A stretch of DNA of 63,327 nt, counting the filler, from Bigelowiella natans CCMP2755 (taxonomy: Eukaryota > Protista > Cercozoa), in assembly GCA_000320545.1 (NCBI GenBank). It is 5 parts of 5 records of this genome, joined end to end, with 100 filler letters (N's around TTAATTAATTAA, not from the genome) between each part and the next. Parts side by side here need not be neighbours in the genome. Positions count along the whole stretch, not along the records: positions 1 to 25,762 come from ADNK01002878.1; 4 more parts are not named here. The stretch is one strand, 5' to 3'. The position numbers were made by a program, and so were the translations under genes. Numbering within the stretch: position 1 is the first letter of the stretch; the number at the start of each line of letters is the position of its first letter. The notes under the pieces were generated by a model. That model ran no database searches. It was not told the origin of the DNA and saw only the letters and a list, made by a program, of their open reading frames with translations. Shown here in pieces: positions 9,605 to 20,621 of the stretch.

Positions 9605-10959
9605 TCTAATATTCCGTTTATCTGCTGCTGTATAGCATTGATACTGTTCTGCTTTTTGTTCTTATATTTATTGTTCTTCCCGTTGTTGCTGCCTTGCCAT
9701 TTGCTGTTGTTATATCCTTGTCCTCTGCCTTTCTTTCTCTTTAACTTCTCGTAGTGTTCGTTGAGCTGCCTGATCGTCATCCTGGGTCGTCCTTCTTTCC
9801 TGTCTCTGCAGTCTTTAGCGGTGTGTTTCCCTTTACGTGAGCAGTATCCGCAACGTCGGTTACCTTCCCTGTCCTTGTACCAGTCTCGCTGCGGCTTAAT
9901 AGCGTTAATGTTTCCTATGCCAGGTACCTTAGGGCTGGTAAACTTGCGGTCCTGCTCCTGCTCGCGTAGGGATATAGCCTGCACTGCTGCCTCCATCGTG
10001 GTGTAGCCTTTCTCCGTAACGTAAGTGGATTCCTTTATCTTTAACTTGAACTCTTCAAACCTTGCCTGATCATCACCTGTGTTGTAATTAAAATCATGTA
10101 GTTCGTCGATCATATCCTGGAAGCGCGTGGCAAAGTCTCTAACAGGTTCTCTCTCATGCTGCATCATTGCTCTGTATTTTCTAATAGCCTGGGGTAGGGA
10201 GTTAGCATCCTGTTCATTTACAAAAGCCTTCATTATCGCCTCAACGTCTCGTAGCCCACTAACTGTAGTGTGTATTTTCTCTAGCTGCCTGATCCGGGTC
10301 CTGCCTGTCTCGTAAAGGTCCATGGCTTGCTTTATTATAGCTAGCCATTTGAGCTTGTCGTTTTCGGTGGGGTTAGGGGTAAAGTCGCAGAGTATACTCC
10401 TAGCGTTCTTCCACCACCTCCTTGCCTCACCTCTTTTCCCGTTGTATTTCGTTATCATAACCGGTGCTGTTTTAACAGACATGAACTGGGTGTTCCGCTG
10501 TACCGGCTGCTGCTGCTTGACGGTGCTCTGGGTCGTCCCCCGCGAGGCGCCCAGACCCCCGTCGTTCCTAAACAAAGCTGCCCACTCTGGAGGTAAGTCT
10601 GCTTCGTAATCCATGATGTCCTGCATGATAGCTGCCCAAACATCATGTGTCTGATACTTGTATTCTATCGATACTTTCAGTTTGGCGTAGTTGCTCGCCC
10701 TGGGTCGCAAGGCTCGTAATGCCATTACGACCTTCTTGCTTTCGGCGGCCACGTCCTCGTCGTCCGCCTCGTAGAAGTTCTCCAGTGCCTCTGCTGCTGC
10801 ATCTGCTTTCTTAATCCCGGGTGCTGGTCCCGGCGGTGCCTGTGGAGGTGTTCCTCCTCCTTCCTTAGCGTCCGTATCGCCCTTCCTTTCCTGTTTCTGC
10901 TCGTGCCCTTGCACGGCCTGCGAGCCAAAGTCCTGCTGTTCTTCTAGCTGCTGTGACAT
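9430..10959 (-). CDS. gag: Gag (capsid-like region plus Zn knuckle)
   Basis: 509-aa ORF starting just after the PBS. Retrotrans_gag-like segment MMQHEREPVRDFATRFQDM and knuckle CGYCSRKGKHTAKDC. The last 30 aa are read from antisense pol. Confidence 0.92.
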   Translation of the reverse strand: MSQQLEEQQDFGSQAVQGHEQKQERKGDTDAKEGGGTPPQAPPGPAPGIKKADAAAEALENFYEADDEDVAAESKKVVMALRALRPRASNYAKLKVSIEYKYQTHDVWAAIMQDIMDYEADLPPEWAALFRNDGGLGASRGTTQSTVKQQQPVQRNTQFMSVKTAPVMITKYNGKRGEARRWWKNARSILCDFTPNPTENDKLKWLAIIKQAMDLYETGRTRIRQLEKIHTTVSGLRDVEAIMKAFVNEQDANSLPQAIRKYRAMMQHEREPVRDFATRFQDMIDELHDFNYNTGDDQARFEEFKLKIKESTYVTEKGYTTMEAAVQAISLREQEQDRKFTSPKVPGIGNINAIKPQRDWYKDREGNRRCGYCSRKGKHTAKDCRDRKEGRPRMTIRQLNEHYEKLKRKKGRGQGYNNSKWQGSNNGKNNKYKNKKQNSINAIQQQINGILDHLKQAPTKTAVPATQDQDKPMTLDDIKNLGRGPKQGIARSHTVGFTLTSSRSFSPIS

Positions 10960-10970
10960 TGTTAGTCAAA

Positions 10971-10993
10971 TCGTTTCCCGTGTGTGGAAGCCA
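10971..10993 (-). other. Primer binding site (tRNA 3'-end complement, Glu/Asp-like)
   Basis: Minus strand TGGCTTCCACACACGGGAAACGA begins 5 nt inside the 5' LTR. The plus strand reads like a tRNA T-arm/acceptor end TCGTTTCCCGTGTGTGGAAG-CCA. The isoacceptor identity is inferred. Confidence 0.8.
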
Positions 10994-10998
10994 AAGGT

Positions 10999-11324
10999 TG
11001 TTGCGCGTAAGGTGTTCACAGGCCGAGGCGCTACGTGCACAAGTAGGCAGGGGGGGGGAAAGGCACGTTTGCTTCCTTTTGAAGAGTTGTGTTTATTTTT
11101 ATTAAAGATTATATTTTTATTAAATCGTGCACTGCGTAATCATTCGCGAAGCTTTCGCGAATGCCGCCGCACGTGGGGCAGCACACTTCCGGTGTGCTGC
11201 CATGAGTCCCGCCGGAACCCACGTGCCTATGCTGTATTAATATCTACGTTATCTATATTCTATATCCGCGACAACCCCTTTGTTGTCGCACGTGACTTGT
11301 GCCCGCGTAGTGGTACGCGCTACA
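10999..11324 (-). repeat. 5' LTR (326 bp)
   Basis: Direct repeat of 5338-5663, followed by TSD CCGT. Confidence 0.97.
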
Positions 11325-12870
11325 CCGTTGAACTGCTTCAATCGTGCACTCATTCGTTCACTTGACACCGGAATTGCAACGGAGCGTGAAGAGCGGAGAC
11401 AGCAATGATGCGCAGACACCTTCCACATGCACACAATGACTGCACAAAACGTGCAAGCGTCACGTTGCTGTCGAGCAAGTTGGATGCGTCTCAATGTCGT
11501 CGTTGTCAATGATCGATGTGATCCTTCGTGTCGTGGCGTCGTGGCGATGACCAAGCGCGGCCATTCATCAAGTGCAAAGCTCGATCACTGAGCAATGCAA
11601 TTGAGCAAGTTCGACGCACAGATCAGGTCGTTCGTTTGGCCTTGCTAGCTTGGCTAGTTGGCGTGCATGCATGATTCTGGAATCCCAGAACAATTGTGCG
11701 TTGCACGACCACATTTTGGCATTGGGCGACCCTTCTAGCTAGCCAATGTGGTCCAGCATTGATCAAATTCAAGCATGTTCATGACATCCGTCTCACGCTT
11801 GCTGATCGCGTGCTAGCGTGGGATCGCCGGGATGCGACATGACGTCATCATGGGCACGGTTCATGCTGTGCACATTGACACACATGCTGGCATGCCAGCT
11901 GCAGCCGCCAGCATGCTAGCATGGCACATGGATTTTGTCACTTTTATCACTTCATTGCATCCGTTTTGCATTGCCAGATTGGCGCAAATGCGCACCACCG
12001 TACATAGCGTGTGCTTGCATGCATGCATGCCAGCTAGCGTGCCAGGCGGACACAACTCCGAAAAACCTGCAACGAGTGGCATGACCTCTCAATTGAGAGC
12101 ATTTATTTTGCGTTTTTGTGCTGAAATTTTGCAAGCATGCAAAGCCAGTGTGTGTGTGCACGCCCTCATGAGCTTGCAAAACTTGTGGCACAGCAAGTCA
12201 CAGTGCAACTGCGCTAGCTATTTCAGAAGTGGCAAGCATTTTCCGCTGGCAGGCGTTGAAAAATGAGGTTCTGAAGCTGGCATTCGAAAAAAAATCAAAA
12301 TTGAACTTCAAACAGGCTCCAGTGTGGAGTGTGCTTCCAATGTCCAATTGCAACGATTGAGCGTGCCAGGCTGTGCGCGCAAAGCATGGTTTGTGCAAAA
12401 CCCAGTCGTCACAGGGGTTGATGGAGTTGTGGAACATCGGAAAGACAAAAGACACAGCGCTTTGGCTGCGAGCCGTCTGCGTGCATTCCACAGTCGCAAC
12501 TGCGTGGGCTGGCATCCTTCGATTCTGTGTTGCGCAGGAACCATTCTAGCATTGTCGGTGAGCTACAACATCACAAGGGGTAGAGACACGCACGTACTAT
12601 GTAGTGCAATGAATTAGCATGCTTTGTCTTTAGTTAGACACGTATGTACTTTGGTCGTCATATCTGTGCTTTGTCTCAAAGCGCGTGGAGCGCATGGGCA
12701 CTTGCTGCAGCATGCACACAGCAATATTTTTGTGACGCCCAGCCAGCTCTTGTGAGCACATGCAAGCACAGCAGCTTAGCGCTACGATTAGATAGTCGAC
12801 ATCAATGTTACGACTATATTTGAAACATTAAATATAATAATCATTAATTTGGCTTGGAAGTAACCTAGAA

Positions 12871-13461
12871 CTACCAGACCTCAGTCCCTGGTATAACAGC
12901 ATCAGTACACTTCTTTGGATATGATTTCCTCCAGAGCCCGATTACATGCTCCTTTTTGCAGTTGGGATTAGTGAGCTTCTCGTTGCCCTTACATTTGTCA
13001 AGAAGAGCCAACGTTTTCTGCGCGAGCTTAATATCCATTGTTTTCGCATCCTCGGGGTATAGAGCCATTAAGCATTGCTCAAACGAAAGCTGTAGTAATT
13101 AACAAGACCATCAGGTACGACGAAGCACATTTTAATTTTCTTCCAACGCGCGCGCCCACACACATACGCACACGGACACCCACACGCAGACATTAAAATA
13201 CATATTATATATGTATATTTACCGCACGGGTCGCACCGCTTAAATATGCATATATATATATATATATATATATATACAAAGTTAATTGTCTTCTGCGTAC
13301 CCCAGCGACATTGATTTGGCAGTTCCAGATGGCCCTTCCTTTGCAGATGCTCGTGCGCTTGACGACTTGCGGGAAATCATACTTAACGTACGCGTGTCCC
13401 GTGGTCATAGCCCCATCTTCCCATTCCATTTCCGGCACACTTCGTCCTGAAAACGATATAT

Positions 13462-13492
<31 letters not shown>

Positions 13493-14902
13493 TATATTAT
13501 ATACATATTTATATATTATATTATATACATATTTATATTTAAATGTGGGTTTGCGAGCGTGCTTGTGTGTATGTGTGTGTGTGCGTGTGTATGTGTTTGT
13601 TTGTCAGTGTCCCACACCTTTCCAAGAGCCCTTGCACTTCGTCCACCCATCGTAGAAATGCGTGAAGATGCCAGTAGCGTTGCGTGGTGCCAGAATTGCC
13701 ATATCCCACCAGTGCAGGATCGACTTCGGAGTCTTCTGCATCAATCTAAGAAGAAGTAGTAGGAAGGCCGAATCAATCATTGGCGATTCCCCGCTGACTA
13801 CACAATAACATATCCGGAAAAGACAGGGTTGTGCTACTGTGCCAAGAATGTAGCAGGAAGTAGGAAATGACGTTTCTTTCTAGAGGTTTATCATTCAACT
13901 CACTCTTTGGCCGGCTTGACAGGCTTCACCCAAACGCTATCGGTACGTCCACGGAATACCGCATCGAAGGTTACGTTGTATTGCTTCTCAACGTCCTTAA
14001 CCTGCTGGACGCAGTCCCATGCTCCCTTCATCTGACCTGAGAATGATGTTCCCCAAAAATTCGAACGTTACTTCACATAGACGCACGTTATATATTGCGT
14101 AATCGTTATACATTGTGTCATCTATTTCTAGGAATAGAATATTGTGCATAGGTACAGTAGGGAGTTTTAACCTAGAGAATTTCTGAAAAGAGGAGGATTG
14201 GGCTGCTTCATTGCGTTTTTCCATGAGTAGTAAACGCCCATGTTTGTCTTCGGTACACTTTCAGCGTCGTAGTGACATGAAGATGCACTCAAGGAGAAGT
14301 CTTGCTCCTGAAGAACACAATTTAATCATTGACGCAAAAGCTCGCTGGAAAGAACGAAGACTGTCACGGAAAGTACCTCTTTATCGTAGATGATACTGCG
14401 AATTGGCCTGATGACCCTGAGTGCATGGTTGATTTTCTTTTTGCTCACCATCCCTTTATCCCCAAGATGGTCATCGTAGCGCTTCAGTATCGTAATCGCG
14501 TACGCATTGTCGGAGATTTTGTCTAGCAGATTCTGTTTACTGCACAGGAGGAAAAATACAAAGATAAGGGCCAGCCGACCGATGTTTTTGTGGGAATGAT
14601 TACATGCTAGTGTGGACGATAGGATCGACGAAGTTCCTGACAAGACCAACCACGCAAACTGCAACCAGAGGGCCCTTTGTGTAGAGAAAAGAGATTTGAG
14701 CCATACAGTAGCGATGAAACTCATATAGAAAAAAACTGACCTTGTTTTTATCGTTAGAAGGAAGCACATGCGGTGTGTGTTTATGAGCCTGTAGTGGTGA
14801 TCCACCACTATGAGCAACGTTCTTGAGAGAAGTTGTCAAGGTGGGGAGCGCAAGGAGGAGGAAGGCAGAAACCGGCGACATTGCAGCCGAGCCAGGAGCC
14901 AT
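12871..14902 (-). CDS. Secretory-pathway protein, putative glycosyltransferase-like, multi-exon
   Basis: Signal peptide MAPGSAAMSPVSAFLLLALPTLTTS. Motifs VAVCVVGLVRNF..P.VH.S and WDCVQQVKDVEKQYNVTFDAVFRGRTD match the 'AvC.sG..R.f ... C...i...E......yD.viR.R.D' pattern of uncharacterised GT-like proteins. Confidence 0.55.
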
Positions 14903-15558
14903 TTTGAGAACTGTTATTCAGTTTAAGACGTTGCTTTAAAACATGATCATAATTTAAAATCTAGTCCGTTTTCAGATAATTTAAACGTAATTTTGGTCTT
15001 TGTTGATAAGGCTTACATGCCAGGAAAGATGTAGTTTGGAAATGGTTTCTGAATGATGCAGTAAGAGCGTGATACGCGCGGCACCAAGGGCATAAATTGG
15101 CTTTTGGAAGGCGAAATATCATTGTCGCTTATGTAAAATATGCATAGAATTGCTTTATTTGCTGTGCCATAACGATGCGTTACATTTTGCTTGCTTTGAA
15201 TCCAACTCGCACATGGTGTAAATCAAGAGAGTCACTCGAGATCTCTATTTCCTTTCAACCCATTTGAAACCGCTTTCCAATCTTTTAATTGATGACGGAG
15301 CAAGAAAATGGACTAGTTTTCTCATAAAGAGGAATTCTCATAATAGTGTATTGCGACAAGTATTTATTAATGTCGTAGATTGATTTTACCGAGAATTTTA
15401 GGATATGACAACACAATTCGACTTGAGTCGCGGTAACGTTAAAGCTATAGAACAGAAAGCTCCCCCCCCTCTCTACCTCACCCATACTACGTAAATTGAA
15501 AAACGAATATGATATAATTTCAAACTTCGAAATTTTTGATAGTTCATAACATAGGTTG

Positions 15559-18309
15559 ATGGCTCCGATGTCACAATCTCCAATTTCTGTGGGAGGAATG
15601 GCGACCCTGTTCCTCGCAACAGGAGTCGCTGCTCTTCGTCTCCCAACTGTAAAAACATACCCAGGGTATTCGCAAGTCACGAATGTTGCTGTTCCGAATG
15701 GAAACACTTCAACGATTAAGTACCTTGGCTCCTTTGACGATGCCGATTCATGCGAAAAGGTAAGGACATGAATCCTTACAACCTTAATTTATCATTGCGA
15801 ATTAAGTTATATTTGCTGATCACTGAGGCTCGTCCCCAGCTGTATCGAATATCTTCATGTGCTGACTTCCCTTGATTTGGTCATGTAAATTCTCACAGGC
15901 ATGCATCAACATGAATGATGAGCGATGCTGGAGTTACACATACTATCATGACGATGGGAGCAACTTCACGTTTGCAGGTATTGGTGTCCGAACTAAAAGC
16001 CACGCAATCTGCTGTTTCGATGGGCATCTTCGCCCCTCTTCCTAACTTTGGCTTTTCCGCCAATATTCCCCACTTCGTATATGCCCTCCTTCAACCTAAC
16101 CTAACGGTTCTTTCTTAGCGCAATGCTTCGGTCTTACTGCGCCCCGATTTTCGCCGACACCTGAGGTTTGCCCCAACCAATCCCCCCCCCCTCATCTCGA
16201 GCAAGCAACCCTCCGGCATCCCAAAACCTGTGCGATATTAAAGTAAGGAATTGTCTTTTTTTGCGCTTGCAGAACAACTCTTTCACCGGCGTTGTGGCTT
16301 GGAACTGCCGCGACGACTCCGATTGTAGCTTTAATGGGGTTTGCAGCAGCGACGGCGTTTGTGAGTGTAATGCAGCCTGGTCCGGAAACCGGTGCGAGAT
16401 GCTCAATCTACTGCCAGACGAGAGAAATTCGGTGATACAACAGCGCGTAGCAGAAATGATAACAACAGTGGTGATGATAGAGTGATAAGATTGATGATAG
16501 TATTAGCGAGGATGGCCTCATCCTTTTAACGCGCTGTGCAGGCATACAGAATATCGACTTCCAATACCATCCTAACGAACCAACAACAACATCAGGGATA
16601 CCGCGGAGTCGACGATGGTAAAAACACGTCGAGCTGGGGGGGGGCGGTGTTGAAGGGAGAGGACGGGCTGTATCATATGTGGGCAGCGGAGATGACGGAG
16701 CATTGCGGTATCGGAGCTTGGGCCCAGAACTCGAGGATCATTCGTGCAACTTCTAAGACTCCTGGCGGGTAAAAACTAATGTGTTTTATGAGGCGTTGGT
16801 GACTTTGCTGGCATTGTCGGAGCCACGCGGGCCCTCTGCTTTTCGAGATCGTTACTTGGTTTCCTAACGGCGCTGAGGCGGATATGAACGTGTGCGATTG
16901 CTGCTATTTCATGCAGGGCGTACGAGAGAGATCAAGTCGTATTCGATGTGTTTTCGCATGAGCCTGAAGGTGATGGGCCCGGGGAAGGGGGGGGGATTCG
17001 AAAGATGGATGGTTGTTAGGGTGAGGGCAATACAAACGGAAGTAATGTTTCTACGCCACTCACGATGATATTTGAGATGTGCTCGTTTCCTCCTCGAATC
17101 TTTGAACATCTCTTTCCCCAATTTCTCTAATTCCTGCTTTTTCTCTTGCTCGCTGGTGTCTTCCAGTTGTCCAAGGGCCCAATGGGGAGTACGTCATGTT
17201 CTACACGGCGCAAATCCGCTCGGAGCACGGAGATTGTGAGACCACTGACAACAACAACAACAACAACATCATCATCATCATCAGTGGCAAATATTCCCCA
17301 ATGACAGCTACACACGCAAACACGCCCAAGATGTTTAAATACACGCACGTTTCTTCACCAGGCAACTGCTGCCAGGAGGGGGTCTCCAAGTGCGATGGCT
17401 CGACAGGTGCCAGGCAGCTCAGTCAGACACACAAACGACGGGAATACTTCGTGCCTTCATCACCACCACCAAACAGCCCGCCATGCAACAACAACAACAA
17501 CATATTTACTACTACTACTACAACTACGACTACTTCCAAACGAGCTCTATACTGTGCTCTCTCCGATGGTGATGGCTGCTTTTGTGTGCATTCTTTCATC
17601 ATCATCATGATACTCATACTCATCATCATCATCATCGTCGTCGTTGTCATCGGCACCATGTTAGGCCCGAACGATTGCCCTTCAAAGCACACACTTCGTG
17701 ATAACGACCCGAGCTACATGGCGTATGCGCTCAAGCCGGAGGGACCTTGGTAGTAGTAGTAGTAGTAGTAGTTGTTGTTGTTGTTGTTGTTGTGAATAGC
17801 ACGTCGTTAATAAGTAGAAACATCCCGACATGCTGCAATGAGCCTCCATAAGCGATAACTGAGTGAGTAATGGTCATTCTCTCCTCCCCCCCCCCCCCTG
17901 CGTGTCCGTAGGTCCTCCCCACAACAGCTTTGGCCTGAGTACGAAGGCGCAGGTAACCATGATGCTTGCGGCGCTACCACTGCTGCTAAAGAGAGAGAAA
18001 GAGAGAGGAGAGAGAGAGAGAGAGAGAAAGCGGCATTAGACCATCGTACACCCTCCTCCTGCCTGTACTATTCACTCTATCTTTTCACTCTGTAAGCTCT
18101 CAATGGCTATAATCAATCACTTAACCGTGCCCCTCTCGTCTGATCGCATTTCCCCCTGCACCACTCGCTTTGTGAACCAAAGACACGAATTTCGCACCGG
18201 TGATACTGCCAAACGGCACCCTCGTGGCTATCTGGAGGACCTGGTAGTAGTAGTAGTGATGATAATAACAACAACAGCAGTAGCAATTTTGCTCTTTTAC
18301 AGTTTCTGT

Positions 18310-18344
<35 letters not shown>

Positions 18345-18393
18345 TCTCTCTTTCTCTCTTTCTCTCTCCTCCCCTCCCCTCGATCTCTTTCCC

Positions 18394-18432
<39 letters not shown>

Positions 18433-18520
18433 AATGCCCGTGCTCTAGGGAGAGTGTGAGAGGATCTCGATGCTACCTTGCGATTGGAGAAAACTGGTTA
18501 ATAGGCTCCTGCTGCACATC

Positions 18521-18558
<38 letters not shown>

Positions 18559-19767
18559 AACACACACACTCACAAACACACATCAACACACAAATCAGCA
18601 CCCATACCAACACATACGAGTCATAGTGGGAGTGGGAGATAGAGCGCTTCCCTGCAGCTCCATCCACGATTCCCGCATGTCGCACAACGAAATCAGCTTC
18701 GACTTTCCCTGTAGAAGAAGTGGTTTGCGAAGCACTAAATGTGAATGTAGGTTACATATTGCATCGCATGGCCTTGACTGTTTATTGCTTTGTACCAATG
18801 CAGGAACGACACGTCGACGTATCAGCAATTTGAAGTCGAGCTATTTCCTGACCTTGGTAGCTGCAAATAGTAGTAGAAGTAGTAGTAGCAGTAGTAGTAG
18901 TAGTAGTAGAAGTGGTAATAGTAGACCTGGCCCCCTTTCCTTTCATTGCAACGAGCTGTAGTAAGTCGTAGTAGCAGCAGCACCGAGTTGAACGTAGGGC
19001 AAGAAGAAAAAGACGCATGCCAGAAATCGCCCAAGATCGTCATTCCTCAATTGGCGATAACAATACTAATACCAAGAGTTGTTTCCGTTCCTTTCTCTCA
19101 GGAGCAGCTGGAACCGAAGATCCTTTCCTCTATATCGATGCGAAGGGACGATTTCATGGTAATAACAGGGATCATACGTTTTTTGGCATGATGTGCGTGC
19201 GTGTGTTGTGCTATATTCTATTGAGCCTCTTCCGGAGTTACGATAATGCGAGTGTGTTGTTGGTTGCTTGAGTTGTCATCGTCATCGTAATTCGCATTAT
19301 TCTTATAATCGTGTTGTTATCGTTGTCTTTTTTTCCATTACTACCACCACCATCATCATCATCATGGTCATCATCATCATTATCTCATCAACATCATCAT
19401 CGATGCAATCAAACCATCAGCCGTGTTCCACCACATGTACGGGACGGATACGTTGGACCACTGGTGGCTTCTTGCCGAGGTATATTATACCGATACCATG
19501 CGTGCATTTACACGGGGGTATGAGGGGGGGGGGGGGGGGGGGGATGAGAGAGGGAGAGAGAAAATCGACTTATATTCTGTGCATATACAGGGAGGTCACG
19601 CGTTTTCGGAAGATGGCATCAATTGGACATATACGGGTATTATTATTACTATGACTACCAATTAGAGGGAGAGATGAGATACACGTATCACACACAAGGA
19701 AGGAAGTAGTGCCGATTTGAAAACACCCTCTTTCGAACCATTTCCCCCCATTTATACCAACACATTT

Positions 19768-19815
<48 letters not shown>

Positions 19816-19862
19816 GGGGGGGGACAAACCTGAGACTTCACGGCTGCAAATTCTTCTCGTTT

Positions 19863-19906
<44 letters not shown>

Positions 19907-20621
19907 TGATATATTACATTAATAAACTAGGCGTTGCTTGGGGAGATCCTCTCGACAGAAAACGCGGCAATGTCGTCACGTACAAGGTGCGAGTAGGACG
20001 GGCTTTTGTGCATTTTTTTCCTTTTGTTGTCATTTTGATTTTTTCTGGTTTCGTTGCGGGGTTCCCAAAAGGCCCCCGGCCTCTGTTGGGGTCTCGCATG
20101 AATACGACGACGTTGATGCCTTTGAAAGCTCCTTCCCTCGATAGTAGTCTGCACGAATCCTTCTTCCCAAACGTGCAAGACTGCTCATGGTTCTTGCTAC
20201 TCTCTTTTCCCTTTCTGCATCTGCTTCAAAGGATGGTAGCACGTTCCGATTTACTCGTCGGGAGCGTCCACACTTGATCTTGGACGAGCACGGAAACCCA
20301 ACTCATCTTATCACCGGTAGTAAGTAGTAGTAGAAGTAGTAGTAGGTAGTAGTAGTAGTAGTAGTAGTGGAAGTAGCAGCAGCAATATTAGTACCAAAGT
20401 GCTAGGAGGAGGTGGAAGGTGATATTCATTCGTAACCATCGATATTTATGTCGACAAAGTTTCTTCGCTGCGCGAGCTTCCTTTCTCGTGATCTTCATTA
20501 TCTTGACGATGATTCTCGGTTTGCAACAGCTGCGCAATACGGAACCGGCAAGATCCCAACCGAAGTCGGTGACAACGGAGATGCCAGCTACACCATGATC
20601 CAGGAGATTGCTCATCAATAA
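15559..20621 (+). CDS. Secreted PAN/apple + EGF-like + five-bladed beta-propeller glycoside hydrolase (GH43-like), many exons
   Basis: Hydrophobic leader; DSCEK|AC..RCWSYTY (PAN); CRDDSDCSFNGVC..CECNAAWSGNRC (EGF); SSWGGAVL, HCGIGAWAQNSRII, FSHEP, TEDPFLYIDAKGRFH, GGHAFSEDGINW, RRERPHLI, DASYTMIQ*. Confidence 0.8.
17240..20385. repeat. Intronic microsatellite arrays (CA, GA, TA, CAT, TAG, CAA, G runs); representative of similar arrays in 23.7-30.7, 37-48, 51-52 and 56-63 kb
   Basis: Simple repeats are directly visible in nearly every intron of these genes. Confidence 0.95.

Larger units (their letters stand above)
5338..11324 (-). mobile_element. Ty3/gypsy (Metaviridae) LTR retrotransposon, young, with internally inverted pol
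   Basis: Two 326-bp direct LTRs (TGT...ACA) and a 4-bp TSD CCGT (5334-5337, 11325-11328). PBS and PPT define the minus-strand orientation. Gag carries a Zn knuckle and the pol domain order is PR-RT-RH-IN. Confidence 0.97.

Noticed and set aside
5338-11324. Two nested elements in opposite orientation, or a DIRS element with internal complementary repeats
   Set aside because: There is a single LTR pair with one TSD, PBS and PPT. The pieces rejoin into one frame, and the element encodes a DDE integrase with no tyrosine recombinase.
11329-12780. Overlapping Cys/His/Met/Ala-rich ORFs on both strands
   Set aside because: Loss of TpA removes TAA and TAG stops and inflates TGC/CAT/ATG codons. No protein family was recognisable.
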